Origin: an uncultured delta proteobacterium
GTDB taxonomy: Bacteria > Myxococcota_A > Polyangia > Polyangiales > Polyangiaceae
Length of the DNA: 64,000 nucleotides
Assembly (NCBI GenBank): GCA_963806225.1
Contig: CAWDXG010000004.1
Location: 2,016,001 to 2,080,000 of the forward strand
Direction: 5' to 3'
A program made the translations under genes and the position numbers. This document shows positions 50,746 to 61,893 of the stretch, piece after piece. Position 1 is the stretch's first letter; each line of letters opens with the position of its first letter. The notes beneath the pieces were generated by a model, which was not told the DNA's origin, did not search any database, and saw nothing but the letters and a program-made list of their open reading frames with translations.

Positions 50746-51450
50746 TCAATACTCCTCGAGGTAGATCTTCGAGCGGGGAACGCCGAGATCGTGCTCGAGC
50801 AGCTTGACACAATCCTGGACCATGTCGTGGTGCCCGCACAGCCACGCCTCGGGTGCCGACAGCACCGAGGCCAGCTCGGGCAGGTGTGCCTGCACGCGAC
50901 CGCGCCGGCCGGTCCACCCTTCACTGGCCAGGCTCAAGGTCGGCACGAAGCTGAAACGGGGCTCGTCGCGATCGAGCCTGTAGAGCTCCTCGCCCCACAG
51001 GATGTCGGCCTCGGTTCGGCAGCCGAAGAGCACCACCAGGGGCGCGCTGGAATCCGTCCGGAGCTCCGCCTCCAGCATCGCCTTGAGCGGCGAGAGGCCC
51101 GTTCCCGCGCCGACGAACAGCGCCGGGTGCGCCGACCCCGCCTGCCGGACGAAGCTGCCCCGCGGCCCGAACGCGGTCAGCACTGAGCCGACTGGAAGCT
51201 CGCAGAGCGCGCGCGTGGACGAACTGTGCGTGACCGCCAGCTCCAGGCGCCCCGGCCGCTCGGGGTCCATGGCGTTCGCTATCGACATGGGGAGCTTCGA
51301 AGCGGGATCGTCCGGTCGCACGATCTCGACGTGCTGCCCCGGCTGCCACTCGAAGGGCCGCCCGCCTGCCGGCTCGAGAACCAGCGAACGGACCATCGGA
51401 GACAGATCGGAGGCAGCAACGAGATCGAGCTGCACCTGCCGTGCGGGCAT
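50746..51450 (-). CDS. Ferredoxin-NAD(P)+ reductase-like FAD/NAD-binding oxidoreductase
   Basis: WQPGQH, GPRGSF, GAGTGLSP, FGCRT, WLCG, EEY*. Confidence 0.88.
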   Translation of the reverse strand: MPARQVQLDLVAASDLSPMVRSLVLEPAGGRPFEWQPGQHVEIVRPDDPASKLPMSIANAMDPERPGRLELAVTHSSSTRALCELPVGSVLTAFGPRGSFVRQAGSAHPALFVGAGTGLSPLKAMLEAELRTDSSAPLVVLFGCRTEADILWGEELYRLDRDEPRFSFVPTLSLASEGWTGRRGRVQAHLPELASVLSAPEAWLCGHHDMVQDCVKLLEHDLGVPRSKIYLEEY

Positions 51451-51526
51451 CCGGTTCACCCCACCACAAATCTCACTTGGCCGCCGCGGACGCAAGCCCG
51501 GGCTGACGTGATAGCCTCCGCGGCCG

Positions 51527-53506
51527 ATGAACCGCATCACGAAGATCCTGATCGCCAACCGCGGCGAGATTGCGTCACGTATCCAGCGCACCGCCCGCAG
51601 CATGGGCATCGCGACGGTAGCCGTATTTTCCGACGCCGATGCCGCGGCGCCGTTCGTCCGGAGCGCTGATCAGGCCGTGCGCATCGGTGCGGCACCCAGC
51701 AGCGAGTCGTATCTGTCCATCGAGCGGTTGATCGCGGCGGCCCGGCGCACCGGCGCCGACGCGGTGCATCCGGGTTTCGGCTTCCTGGCGGAGAATGCCG
51801 ACTTCGCCGCCGCCTGCGCAGCCGCCGGCCTCGTCTTCATCGGACCGACGCCGGAAGCGATCCGCTCGATGGGTTCGAAAAAGGAAGCCAAGAAACGCGT
51901 CGGCGCCGCGGGCGTGCCGGTCGTTCCCGGCTATTCCGGCGACGACCAATCCACCAGCGGCCTTTCCGCGGAGGCGGAGCGCATCGGCTTCCCCGTTCTG
52001 ATCAAGGCCAGCGCCGGCGGTGGCGGAAAGGGAATGCGGATCCAGAAGACTGCCGAGGGTCTGGCCGCGGCCATCGATGGCGCCAGGCGCGAAGCGATGA
52101 GCGCCTTCGGCGACGACTTCCTGCTGATCGAGAAGTACGTGGAACGACCACGCCACGTGGAGATCCAGATCCTGGGCGACTCGCACGGCAACCTCGTTCA
52201 CCTGTTCGAGCGCGAGTGCAGCATCCAGCGCCGCCACCAGAAGATCATCGAGGAAACGCCGTCGCCGGCGCTCACGCCGGAGCTCCGCGCGCGCATGGGA
52301 GAAGCCGCCATCGCGGCAGGCCGCTCCGTGGACTACCGGAGCGCCGGCACCGTCGAGTTCATCCTGGCGCCGGACGGACAATTCTATTTCCTCGAGGTCA
52401 ACACGCGCCTGCAGGTCGAGCACCCGATCACGGAGTGCGTGACGGGCATCGACATCGTACGCGAGCAGATCCGGATCGCCGAGGGCGAGGAGCTGGGCCT
52501 GTCCCAGGACGCCGTGCGCTTCGACGGCGCGGCCATCGAGTGCCGGCTGTACGCGGAGGACCCGGACAACGATTTCCTGCCGACCAGCGGGACGATCGTC
52601 GACTGGCACCTGCCGCCGCTCGACGGGCTGCGCGTGGACAGCGGGATCGAGACCGGCTCGGAGGTGAGCATCCACTACGATCCCATGCTGGCGAAGATCA
52701 TCACGCATGCGCCGACCCGCCCCGAGGCCGTCCAGAAGATGGCCCGCGCGCTCCAGACGCTGAGCGTGCAGGGCATCCACACCAACCGCGTCTTCCTGCT
52801 GCGCGTGCTGTCGCATCCGGAGTTTTCCGCGGCTCACACGCATACGCACTTCATCGAAGAGCATCTGTCCGGCGAGGCCAGCGACAAACCGGACCCGGCG
52901 CGTGAACGGCTCGCCGCCATCGCCGCGACGCTCGCCTCGCACGAGGCGCGCCGCCAGCAACGCAGCGTGCTTCCCGCCCTGCCCTCCGGCTATCGCAACA
53001 ACCGCTATGCTCCCGAATCGGTCGACTACCAGGCGATGGAGCGCGCGCTGCGCGTCGAGTACGTGCCGGCCGGCTCCCGGCGCTTCCACATGACAGTGGA
53101 CGGGGAGCAGAGCGAAGTCCTGCTTTTTGGCGCGTCGGAGCACGAGATCCGCCTGGAACAGGACGGCCTGCGCCACACCGTGCGGGTGGTGCGGAGCGGC
53201 GCCCGCGTCTTCTGCCACACCCTCGACGGGTCGGTGACGCTGGTCGAGGAGCCGCGCTTTCCGGAGCCGGAAAGCGCAGTGGCGCACGGGGCATGCGTCG
53301 CGCCGATGCCCGGCAAGGTCGTCAAGTTGCTCGTGGCCGAAGGCCAGGAAGTCCAGGCGGGTGACGTGCTGGTGATCCTCGAGGCAATGAAGATGGAACA
53401 CTCGGTCAAGGCTCCCGAGAGCGGCATGGTCGAGAAGGTCCTGGTCAGCGAAGGCGAGCAGGTCGACGTCGATGCGGTGCTCGCCGTGATCCACGCCCCG
53501 GACTGA
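51527..53506 (+). CDS. Acyl-CoA carboxylase alpha subunit (biotin carboxylase + biotin carrier)
   Basis: LIANRGEIA, HPGFGFLAEN, GGGGKGMR, ERECSIQRRHQK, EVNTRLQVEH, EAMKME. Confidence 0.95.
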   Translation: MNRITKILIANRGEIASRIQRTARSMGIATVAVFSDADAAAPFVRSADQAVRIGAAPSSESYLSIERLIAAARRTGADAVHPGFGFLAENADFAAACAAAGLVFIGPTPEAIRSMGSKKEAKKRVGAAGVPVVPGYSGDDQSTSGLSAEAERIGFPVLIKASAGGGGKGMRIQKTAEGLAAAIDGARREAMSAFGDDFLLIEKYVERPRHVEIQILGDSHGNLVHLFERECSIQRRHQKIIEETPSPALTPELRARMGEAAIAAGRSVDYRSAGTVEFILAPDGQFYFLEVNTRLQVEHPITECVTGIDIVREQIRIAEGEELGLSQDAVRFDGAAIECRLYAEDPDNDFLPTSGTIVDWHLPPLDGLRVDSGIETGSEVSIHYDPMLAKIITHAPTRPEAVQKMARALQTLSVQGIHTNRVFLLRVLSHPEFSAAHTHTHFIEEHLSGEASDKPDPARERLAAIAATLASHEARRQQRSVLPALPSGYRNNRYAPESVDYQAMERALRVEYVPAGSRRFHMTVDGEQSEVLLFGASEHEIRLEQDGLRHTVRVVRSGARVFCHTLDGSVTLVEEPRFPEPESAVAHGACVAPMPGKVVKLLVAEGQEVQAGDVLVILEAMKMEHSVKAPESGMVEKVLVSEGEQVDVDAVLAVIHAPD

Positions 53507-53550
53507 CCGGCCATGGCACCGGACGCCCTTGCCGGGCTAGGCTGGGCGGC

Positions 53551-56302
53551 ATGCACGGACCCTGGTCCAGGCTTGGCCTCGCCTGCGCGCTGATGCTCGT
53601 GGGCTGCGGCGGAAAGCCGGAAGCGGCACAGCCGCCCCCGGATTCCGCCGTATGTACCGCCGCCCGAATCGTGCGATCCGGTCGACCTGGCTCACCTGCA
53701 GAGCTTTGCGCCGTGCTCCACGGGCGGCGGCATCTTCGGACAGTGGGTGGTCGACGATCAGGGGCTGCCCGCCTACGACTACGGCCTCGACGAGAACGCC
53801 GACCCGCGCGCTGCATACGACAACAGCGAAAAGGACGCGGACGGCAACATGCTGGACCGCCGCGACCACTGGGCCGCGTTCGGCAACCGCCGCGTCAACG
53901 CCATGGCGTACAACGACGGCTATATCGAGGTCGTCGACCAGGACCGCGGCGTCGAGTACCTCGACAAGTTCGACGAGAGCCAGCAGAGCTACGCTGGCGG
54001 CTTTTCGTGGATCGACGACGGGCACAGCACCTGGTGCACCGCGTACAAGTGGCGCCCGCGCGGTTCGAAAACGACGCGGCGCTTCGGCATGGGGTACGCC
54101 GAGTCGAGTATGGATTACCGCGGCATCCTGCTCACGCGCCGCACGACCGCGCCGCCCGGCGACGCGCCGGTCGTGCTCAGCGACGTAGAGCTCGACAACC
54201 ACTCCAGCTCCACGAAGAAGCTCCGGTACTACGAGTACTGGGACGTCGGGCGCCGCCCGATCGAGATCAACTGGGTCGTCTCCGGCTCGTCGCTTCCCCT
54301 GGCCCCTGCGACGGCACGGACGCAGCGCGACGCGCAAAACGGCATGTTCGACGAGAGCGTGAGCTACGACCCCGCCGCAGAGCTGCTCGGCCTGCGCCGC
54401 AAGTACACCGGTGCCGACACGCGCCCGGCACCGGATGCGCCGGACCCCGTCGACTACTACCCGGCCGATCCGTTCCTGGCCGAGGTCGTCGGAACGCCGA
54501 GCGACGTGTACACGGACCAGGCGTCCTTCTTCGGACAGGGCGGCGTGGGCGCGCCAGAAGCGGTGACGAAACGGCAGCCCGGCCAGGGCGTCGGCGGCGG
54601 AGCGCTGGGCAAGACGACAAACGGCCAGGGCCAGCCGCGCACGTTCGTGATCCGGAGCGACATCACGCTCGCGCCGGGCGAGTCGAAGACGCTGCGTTTC
54701 GCCTACGGCTATGCCCCCATCGGAGAGAGCTTCGCCATCGACAAGAAATGGCGCGAGCCGGGCTACGACACGCGCGCCGACTACGAAAAGGCGCTCGAGC
54801 CGCGTCTCTTCTATTTCGGCGCCGATCGCGATCCGTTCCTGCACCGCGAGATGGCCTGGCACTCCTACCAGGTGGAAACCTCGGTCGGTCGGCGCGACTA
54901 CTTCCAGGGGCACGTGGTGCCGCAGGGCTCGGCGTACCTGTACCTGCACGGCGCGGACGGCGCCGCGCGCGACCTGGCACTGTTCGCGGTGCCGATCGTG
55001 TACACGGATCCTGCTCTGGCCAAGGAAGAGCTCGAGCTGATGATGCGGATCCAGTATCCGTCGGACGGGCACTTCTCCTACGCCTTCCAGGGCAACGGCA
55101 TGCTCGACGACGCCGGCATCCACAAGGACCCGAGCGATCTCGGCATCTTCTTCGCCTGGGCGCTCGGCGAGTATCTCGGCGCGACCGGCGACCTCGCGTT
55201 CCTCGACGAGCAGGTGCCGTACTGGCCACGCGACGCGGGGCCAGCCGCCACGGTGTACGAGCACCTGGTCGCGGCGCTCCGCCACCAGCTGGACGATGTG
55301 GGCACGGGCGCGCACGGCCTGATCCGTCTGCAGAGCGGCGACTGGAGCGACGGCATCGCGATGGAGGCCCCCGATCACACGCTGGCAGTGCAGAAAGGCG
55401 AGAGCGTTCCGAACACGCAGATGGCCGTCGCTGTGTTCCCTCGCATCGCCGATCTGATCGAGCCGCGCGACGCAGCACTCGCTACCGAGCTCCGCACGGC
55501 CGTGCAGGGCTACCGCACGGCACTGGCCGGCACCTGGAACGGCAAGTTCTTCTATCGGGCGTACTTCGGTGACAACAAGCCCGCCTACGACAGCACCATC
55601 AATCTGGAGTCGCAGATCTGGGCGCTCATTGGCGGCACCTTCAACGCGCCCGGCGACCGCAAGATCCTGATCGACACCATCGCGAAGAAGCTCGACGACC
55701 CTTCTCCCACCGGTGCCACGCTCACGCCGGGCGCCCAGGTGTGGCCCGCCATCAGCGCGCCACTCACCTGGGGCTACGCTCTGAGCGATCCCGCTCGCGC
55801 GTGGAAGCACCTGGCGAAAAATACGATGGCCGCCCACGCCCTGGCGTTTCCCGAGGTCTGGTACGGCATCTGGAGCGGAGCCGACGGCATGAGCTCGAAG
55901 AGCGGTCGCACCTGGCAGAGCCAGGTCACGCCGATGCGGGATTTTCCGGTACAGAACAACAACCAGCACACGATGCCGATCCTCGCCGCTCTGCGCGTCG
56001 CGGGCATCGAGGCGAACGCCTCGGGGCTCGTGATCTCGCCGTACGTGCCGGGACGGAAGTTCTCGCTCCAGAGCGGGCTGGTCGACGTGTCGCAGCGAGG
56101 CGACACGCTCGACGGCAGCTACCGTCCCACCGGCAACACTGCGCGCAAGCTGGTTGTGGATGCGCCGGCCGGAGAGCACGTCACGAAGGCCCTGCTCGAC
56201 GGCACGCCCATCGCGGTACCGGCCGGTGCCCAGAGCGTCGCCTTCGACATCGCCGCTGCCGGCGGCAAGGCGTTTTCCTTCCGCGTGGTGACGGCGAAGT
56301 AG
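53551..56302 (+). CDS. GH94-like glycoside phosphorylase/hydrolase lipoprotein, apparent +1 frameshift ~53657
   Basis: LVGC lipobox; GAARDLAL, TVYEHL, GAHGLI..GDWSDG, KGESV, WNGKFFYRAYF, INLESQIWAL. Removing one C joins the two ORFs. Confidence 0.75.
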
Positions 56303-56306
56303 CGCC

Positions 56307-57005
56307 TCACGGCAGGTCGAACAGCAAAACTTCCGACGACTCGTTCGCGGTGATCCGCAGCTCGTCTTCCTCGGCGATGGCGACGCCGTCGCCGGCTTCG
56401 ATGCGATGCTCTTCGAGCTGTACGGAACCGCGCGCAATCTGCAACCAGGCACGACGGGCGCCGTCGATGCGGTACTCGATGGTCTTTCCCTCGCCCAGTT
56501 CCGCCGCGTACAGCCGGGCATCCTGCCCGATCGAGAGCGAGCCGTCGGCTCCGTCCTTCGAAACCAGGAGCTGCAGCCGATCACGTCGGCCCTCCGCCTC
56601 GAAGCGCCTCTGATCGTAGCGCGGCCTGAGCCCCCGGCGCTCCGGCACGATCCAGATCTGCATGAAATGCACCGGCTCGTCCTTCGACGCATTCATCTCG
56701 CTGTGCGTCACACCGGTGCCGGCGCTCATGACCTGCACCTCCCCCGGCCGGATCACCCCGCCCGAACCGGTCGAGTCCTGATGCGCGAGCCCGCCTTCCA
56801 GCACGTACGTGATGATCTCCATGTCGCGGTGCGGGTGCCTGCCGAAGCCGGTGCCCGGCGCTACGCGGTCCTCGTTGATCACACGCAGGTGCCCGAACCC
56901 CATGAAGTCCGGGTCGTAGTAGTCCGCGAACGAGAACGTGTGGCGGGTATCGAGCCAGCCGTGGTCGGCACGACCGCGGTCTCCGGAACGGCGGATGTGG
57001 ATCAT
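56307..57005 (-). CDS. Pirin family protein (YhhW-like)
   Basis: HGWLDTRHTFSFADYYDP, HPHRDMEI, HSEMN, LLFDL. Confidence 0.93.
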   Translation of the reverse strand: MIHIRRSGDRGRADHGWLDTRHTFSFADYYDPDFMGFGHLRVINEDRVAPGTGFGRHPHRDMEIITYVLEGGLAHQDSTGSGGVIRPGEVQVMSAGTGVTHSEMNASKDEPVHFMQIWIVPERRGLRPRYDQRRFEAEGRRDRLQLLVSKDGADGSLSIGQDARLYAAELGEGKTIEYRIDGARRAWLQIARGSVQLEEHRIEAGDGVAIAEEDELRITANESSEVLLFDLP

Positions 57006-57703
57006 TTCGTCTCCTGGGAAGCGGAATGTGGGGCCGGGGCAGCCGCCGCACAACCGTGCCACCAGCTACTCACTGTTCCACCCTTTGGACAATCCTCGCC
57101 CACGAGCTCCAGCTGCACCGCCACCTCGCTCTTGACCATGTCGTCCACCACGCCGGGCGCGCGGATGTCGAACAGCCCGCGGTCCAGCGAGAAGTGCGAC
57201 AAGACGACGTAGCGCTTGCCGCTGCGCGCGATGCGCACGGGCAGTGCGATGCTGCGCCGGACGCCATGCAGCGACAGCACGCCGCGCACCCGGTACGTCT
57301 GCGGCTGGTCCGTGTCGCGGGCCACGTGCTCGGTGACGAAACACGCCCGCGGAAAGCGCGCCACGTCGAGGAATGCGCTGGACCGCGCCGCACGCGCTAC
57401 CAGCTGGGTGTCGGCCGACAGCGAGCGGGTGTCGAGCTCGAGCCATAGTCGACTTACGGTGGGGTCCCGCGCCGCCCGCACTTCACCGCGGTAGCGCCCG
57501 AAACGGAGCGTGTAGTCCCCGACCAGCGTCCCAACGTCGACCTCCAGCCGTGAAGCCGACGGGACCAGGCGGTAGCACGCCGTCCCTCCAGGCAGAGGAT
57601 CGGGTTGCCCCGCCTTCACGACCTTCGCCGCGGGCAGCGCGGTTCCGCCGCAGCCGCTGCACAGGGCGAAAAGCGCCGCGCAGGCCGCGGCCCCCCGCAT
57701 CAC
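57002..57703 (-). CDS. YceI family lipoprotein (3' end uncertain)
   Basis: CSGC lipobox; FLDVARFPRACF, GVLSLHGVRRSI, LDRGLFDI. Confidence 0.78.
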   Translation of the reverse strand: MMRGAAACAALFALCSGCGGTALPAAKVVKAGQPDPLPGGTACYRLVPSASRLEVDVGTLVGDYTLRFGRYRGEVRAARDPTVSRLWLELDTRSLSADTQLVARAARSSAFLDVARFPRACFVTEHVARDTDQPQTYRVRGVLSLHGVRRSIALPVRIARSGKRYVVLSHFSLDRGLFDIRAPGVVDDMVKSEVAVQLELVGEDCPKGGTVSSWWHGCAAAAPAPHSASQETK

Positions 57704-58566
57704 TTCTTGCCCGGCTTCTTGTACAGGAGCACGGACAGAGCGACGTTCTGGTCCCTGGGGTCAGCCTTGCGATCGAGCTGCTGCTCGCCATACAGCGGGA
57801 CGGCGCCACCGAACGACACGAGCCGCGTCCCGTCCACTCCCAGCTTGAGCAGCTGATCCTTGACGGCTCGCGCGCGCTGGGCAGCGAGCAGCGACGACTC
57901 GCCCGCGGCTACGTGTCCCGTGAGCGCCAGACACTGGAGCTCGGGATGCGACGCCAGGGTCTGGGCGATCTGCGAGAGCGTGCCCTGCAGCGCTGCGTCG
58001 ACGTCCGCCGACCCGGTCGCGAACAACAGCTGCTTCGGCAGCTGGATGCCCGGCAGCTGGTCGGGCTTGAGGGGCTTGTCCTGGCTCGATCCCTCGGTCT
58101 CGAGTAGCTGGCAGTTCTTCGGTCCGCTGGCTTCGGCCGCAACCTGGGTCTTGTGCGGGACGAACTCGGGGATCGCCACCTGCACCTTGCCGGGGCTGCA
58201 GGTCGCGTCCGCCAGGTCCGTCTCCTGACATGGCAAAAGAGCGTTGTGCTCCAGATGGTCGCGGAGTTGATCCTCCTGGTCGGCGGGAATGCGGAACTCC
58301 TGGCGCACCTCCGGCGGCGTGAGCGCAGGCGAGGTCGCGTTCGGCTGTGGCTCGTACGAGACCTGGAGCGTCACATAGGAGCGCGGAAACGCCTCCGTGA
58401 TCCGCACCGTGCGTACGGCACCGAGCTTGCACTGCCCCTCCCAATGCTGCGGGCGGCAGTGCGGCGTCGCGCCGCCGCACGCGGGAAGCGCCATGGCCCC
58501 GACGAGGAACGCAGCGACGATGCACCGGACCGCGCGAGCGGCTCCCTTCGAAGAACGATGGTTCAT
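57700..58566 (-). CDS. OmpA-like domain lipoprotein
   Basis: LPAC lipobox; LLFATGSA, LTGH, LAAQRARAVKDQLLKLGVDGTRLVSFGG. Confidence 0.78.
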   Translation of the reverse strand: MNHRSSKGAARAVRCIVAAFLVGAMALPACGGATPHCRPQHWEGQCKLGAVRTVRITEAFPRSYVTLQVSYEPQPNATSPALTPPEVRQEFRIPADQEDQLRDHLEHNALLPCQETDLADATCSPGKVQVAIPEFVPHKTQVAAEASGPKNCQLLETEGSSQDKPLKPDQLPGIQLPKQLLFATGSADVDAALQGTLSQIAQTLASHPELQCLALTGHVAAGESSLLAAQRARAVKDQLLKLGVDGTRLVSFGGAVPLYGEQQLDRKADPRDQNVALSVLLYKKPGKK

Positions 58567-58622
58567 GCCGGAGCGGAATCTAGATCCGCTCTGCGCGCCC
58601 GGCCACATCAGCCTGGCTCCTG

Positions 58623-59339
58623 CTAGCCGTCGGGCACGCGCGCCAGCCGGCCAGAGAGCTCGTCCAGGGCGCGGCGCTGGTCGATATTGAGTGAAATCCG
58701 CGGCCGGACGCGGGAAAGCCGTGCCACGGCGTCGTCCGGTCCCCGGGCCTCTCGGCGTGCTACCAGCAAGGCCGCGGCAACCAGCGCCGAGCGCCCGTGC
58801 CCGGCGGCGCAGTGGACGTAGAGACGCTGCGACGACTGCGCGAGCCGGCCGACCAGCGTCTCGAACAGCCCGGGAGGCGGCGCCGAGCCGTCCAGCGTCG
58901 GAACGCAGATGTACTCCACACTGTCCGGCAGCCCGCCGATCGCGGGGCTCTCCGCGGTCAGGTCCACGACGCACTCGACGCCGTCGGGCAGCGCCGCGTG
59001 GTTCCGCACGTAGCGGCCGAGCCACAGCCCGGCGGCCACCTCGGTCCACGCGGGCTCGCGCGTGACGAGCGGGACCAGATCGCGGATCGCCCACGCCAGC
59101 ACGAAGTACGGCAGAAAGGCGAGCACGCGAAGCGGGGGCAGTCGACCATCCTGGCGCTTGCCGAATACGCCGGATTCGCCAACCAGGTACGCTGCGGCCA
59201 CGAGCTGGCTCGCCACCGCCGCCCAGAGCAGCACGACGAACGGCAGGAGCCTCGCGCCGCCCGGACCCATCGACAGGGCCGCGCCGAGGAACACCAGCGA
59301 CAGCAGCGCCAGCAGCATCCCATAGCGGCGTCGGGTCAC
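58623..59339 (-). CDS. Membrane-anchored dual-specificity phosphatase
   Basis: N-terminal TM segments; VVDLTAE, PTLDG, VHCAAGHGRS (CX5R). Confidence 0.88.
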   Translation of the reverse strand: MTRRRYGMLLALLSLVFLGAALSMGPGGARLLPFVVLLWAAVASQLVAAAYLVGESGVFGKRQDGRLPPLRVLAFLPYFVLAWAIRDLVPLVTREPAWTEVAAGLWLGRYVRNHAALPDGVECVVDLTAESPAIGGLPDSVEYICVPTLDGSAPPPGLFETLVGRLAQSSQRLYVHCAAGHGRSALVAAALLVARREARGPDDAVARLSRVRPRISLNIDQRRALDELSGRLARVPDG

Positions 59340-59431
59340 GCCGGCGGTCTAGCACGCGTTTGCGCCCCCGGGTCCGTTCGGGTACCGCCGGAGAGCCGGC
59401 TGCCTGGGGCCGGAAGACAAGGAGCGCTAGC

Positions 59432-60133
59432 ATGCACGAGATCAAGCTGTCGGCACCGGGCAAGAACGCGATGAGCAGCGAGCTGATGGGCCTCGTCCGC
59501 AGCCAGCTCGAGGCCGCGGCCGGCGCGCCGGTGCTGTTCGTGGGCGACGGCGATGCGTTCAGCGCTGGGCTGGACCTGAAGGAAGTGGGCAGCCTCGACG
59601 CCCCCGGCATGGCGCGCTTCATCGACCTGCTCGAGGACATGGTGCTCGAGCTGTTCACGTATCCCGGCCCCACCGCGGCGTGCGTGAACGGTCACGCCAT
59701 CGCCGGGGGCGCGGTGCTGGCGCTGTGCTGTGATCACCGCGTGGTCACCTCCAATCCCAAGGCGCGCATCGGCCTGAACGAGGTCGCGATCGGCCTCAGG
59801 TTCCCCCCGCGCGTGCTCGCCCTCGCGAAAAACCGCCTGCCGAAGCGCCACCTGGCGGAGGTGCTGCTCGGCGCCTCGCTGCACGACTGCCGGCGCGCCG
59901 TGGAGCTCGGGCTGGCAGACGAAGTCGCCGACGATCCGCACGCCGTCGCCAAGGCGCGCCTCGACGCCCTCGCCGCACATCCCGCCGACGCCTACGCAGC
60001 GACCAAGCTTGCGCTGCGCTCCGGCGTGCTCGGCCCCACACCACAAGAGCGCGCGCGCTTCGAGCGCGACGATCTGCCGGTGTGGACCTCCGAGCCGATC
60101 AAACAGCGCATCCGCTCCATGCTCGCCCGCTGA
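59432..60133 (+). CDS. Enoyl-CoA hydratase/isomerase family protein
   Basis: FSAGLDL, NGHAIAGGAVLALCCD, IGLNEVAIGL. Confidence 0.9.
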   Translation: MHEIKLSAPGKNAMSSELMGLVRSQLEAAAGAPVLFVGDGDAFSAGLDLKEVGSLDAPGMARFIDLLEDMVLELFTYPGPTAACVNGHAIAGGAVLALCCDHRVVTSNPKARIGLNEVAIGLRFPPRVLALAKNRLPKRHLAEVLLGASLHDCRRAVELGLADEVADDPHAVAKARLDALAAHPADAYAATKLALRSGVLGPTPQERARFERDDLPVWTSEPIKQRIRSMLAR

Positions 60134-60219
60134 GCGCGCTCTCGGCGCCCCGTGCTCGCCACGTAGCCCTGACTCCCGGCGCCTTGTCGCACCGGCGACC
60201 AGCCGCTACGCTTGCCTGC

Positions 60220-60888
60220 GTGAACTTCTTCGGACACGCGGCGGTCGCCTCCTGGCAGACGCGCGCTCCGGGGTTCGTACTCGGATCCATGTTGCCCGAC
60301 TTCGCAACCATGATCCGCACGCGGCCTCCGGGCACGCGCCACGCCGGAATGCACGACGGCGTGCTGTTCCATCATGTCGTCGACGATATCTTCCACGACG
60401 CACTCGTTTTCCGGGAGCTCTCGCATGACGCGCTTGACTTCCTTCTGGAGCGCGGGGTGACGCGCGGCGCAGCGCGCGCGGTGGCACACATCGGCGTGGA
60501 GATCCTGCTCGACGGCGAGCTGGCCCGCGACGCGTCCGCCCGCGAGGCGTACCTGGCAGCGATCGATGCCGCCGGCGAGAGCGAGCTCGGGCACTTCATC
60601 GAGTGGCGCGATGCTTCTGAGCGCGCGCGCTTCGCGGCCCTCAGGGAGGGGCTGGAAAGCCGCGGCATCAAGCGCGAGCACTCCAGCCCCGAAGCGGTGG
60701 TCTACCGTGTAGCGCGCATGCTGAACGGTCGCCCGCGCTTGGCCCTGAGCACAGAGCACCAGCCGATCGTCCGCGACTGGGCGCGCGCCGCACGGAAGGA
60801 TGTCGCGCGCCGTGCGCCGGAGCTTCTGGCCGGCATCGAGGACGCACTCGCCGACAGATCATCGCGGCGCGTCGCCGCACGAAGCTGA
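60220..60888 (+). CDS. AcpH-like (ACP phosphodiesterase-like) protein
   Basis: MNFFGHA, GSMLPDF, GVLFHHVVDDIFH, HIGVEILLD. Confidence 0.65.
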   Translation: MNFFGHAAVASWQTRAPGFVLGSMLPDFATMIRTRPPGTRHAGMHDGVLFHHVVDDIFHDALVFRELSHDALDFLLERGVTRGAARAVAHIGVEILLDGELARDASAREAYLAAIDAAGESELGHFIEWRDASERARFAALREGLESRGIKREHSSPEAVVYRVARMLNGRPRLALSTEHQPIVRDWARAARKDVARRAPELLAGIEDALADRSSRRVAARS

Positions 60889-60893
60889 AGCAC

Positions 60894-61877
60894 GTGGAAA
60901 TGAACGGCAACCTCGAGGTCGAGCATCACACCGCACGTACGCCCGACGGCTGGCTGCTCGAGCTGCGCGCTGCGCGCTCGCCTGCCCATTTCGCGGGCGG
61001 GCTCCCCGTCGTCATCGTGCCCGGCTACGGCATGAACTCGTTCATCTTCAGCTTCCACCCGAAAGGCACCAGCATGGAGCGCTCGCTCTGCGAGGCCGGC
61101 TTCGAGGTCTGGTCGCTGAACCTGCGCCGGCAGGGTGGCTCGCGGGAGCTCCGTCCGGATGCGGGCGAACCGTCGCTGCGCGCCTACGCCGAGACGGACC
61201 TGTGCGCCGCGCTCGACACGGTCCTCGAGCGCACGGCCACGCGGGCGGACAAGGTGCAGCTCATCGGCGCGAGCCTCGGGGGCTCGCTCGCCTACGCGCA
61301 TCTGGCGCTGGTGCCGGAGCACCGCGTCGCCGGTGTCGTCGCCATCGGCGCACCGCTCAGGTGGGAGGCTCTGCATCCCGCCCTGGCCCTCGCCTTCCGC
61401 TCGCCGCGGCTGGTCGGCATGCTCCGGTTTTCCGGCACGCGCAGGCTCGCGCGCACAGTGCTGCCGCTCGCTGCGCGCATCCCGCACGCGCTCGATATCT
61501 ACATGAACGCATCGCACGTGGATCTGTCGCGGGCGAGAGAAATGACCCAGACGGTGGAGGACCCGATCCCGCGGGTCAACCGCGACATCGCCAAGTGGAT
61601 CGGCGAGCGCGACATGGTCCTCGCCGGCACCAACGTCACCGAGGCGCTGCGCGGTTGCACGCTTCCGCTGCTGTGCGTGCTGTCGAACCGTGACGGCATC
61701 GTGCCGACACCCGCCGCACTCAGTGCCGCGAAAATCTGGGCGGAACCCGCCGTGCAGGTGCTCGGCATCGGCGACGACGACAACTGGTTTTCCCACGCCG
61801 ACCTGTTCGTGGCCGACGAGGCGCCCGGCCTGGTCTTTTCTCCCATTGCGAGCTGGCTGGCACGGCAACAGGGCTAG
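60894..61877 (+). CDS. Alpha/beta hydrolase (lipase / PHA-synthase-like)
   Basis: TPDGWLLEL, GASLGG, RDGIVP, FSHADLF. Confidence 0.82.
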   Translation: MEMNGNLEVEHHTARTPDGWLLELRAARSPAHFAGGLPVVIVPGYGMNSFIFSFHPKGTSMERSLCEAGFEVWSLNLRRQGGSRELRPDAGEPSLRAYAETDLCAALDTVLERTATRADKVQLIGASLGGSLAYAHLALVPEHRVAGVVAIGAPLRWEALHPALALAFRSPRLVGMLRFSGTRRLARTVLPLAARIPHALDIYMNASHVDLSRAREMTQTVEDPIPRVNRDIAKWIGERDMVLAGTNVTEALRGCTLPLLCVLSNRDGIVPTPAALSAAKIWAEPAVQVLGIGDDDNWFSHADLFVADEAPGLVFSPIASWLARQQG

Positions 61878-61893
61878 GTGTTAGCGTTCGCGC

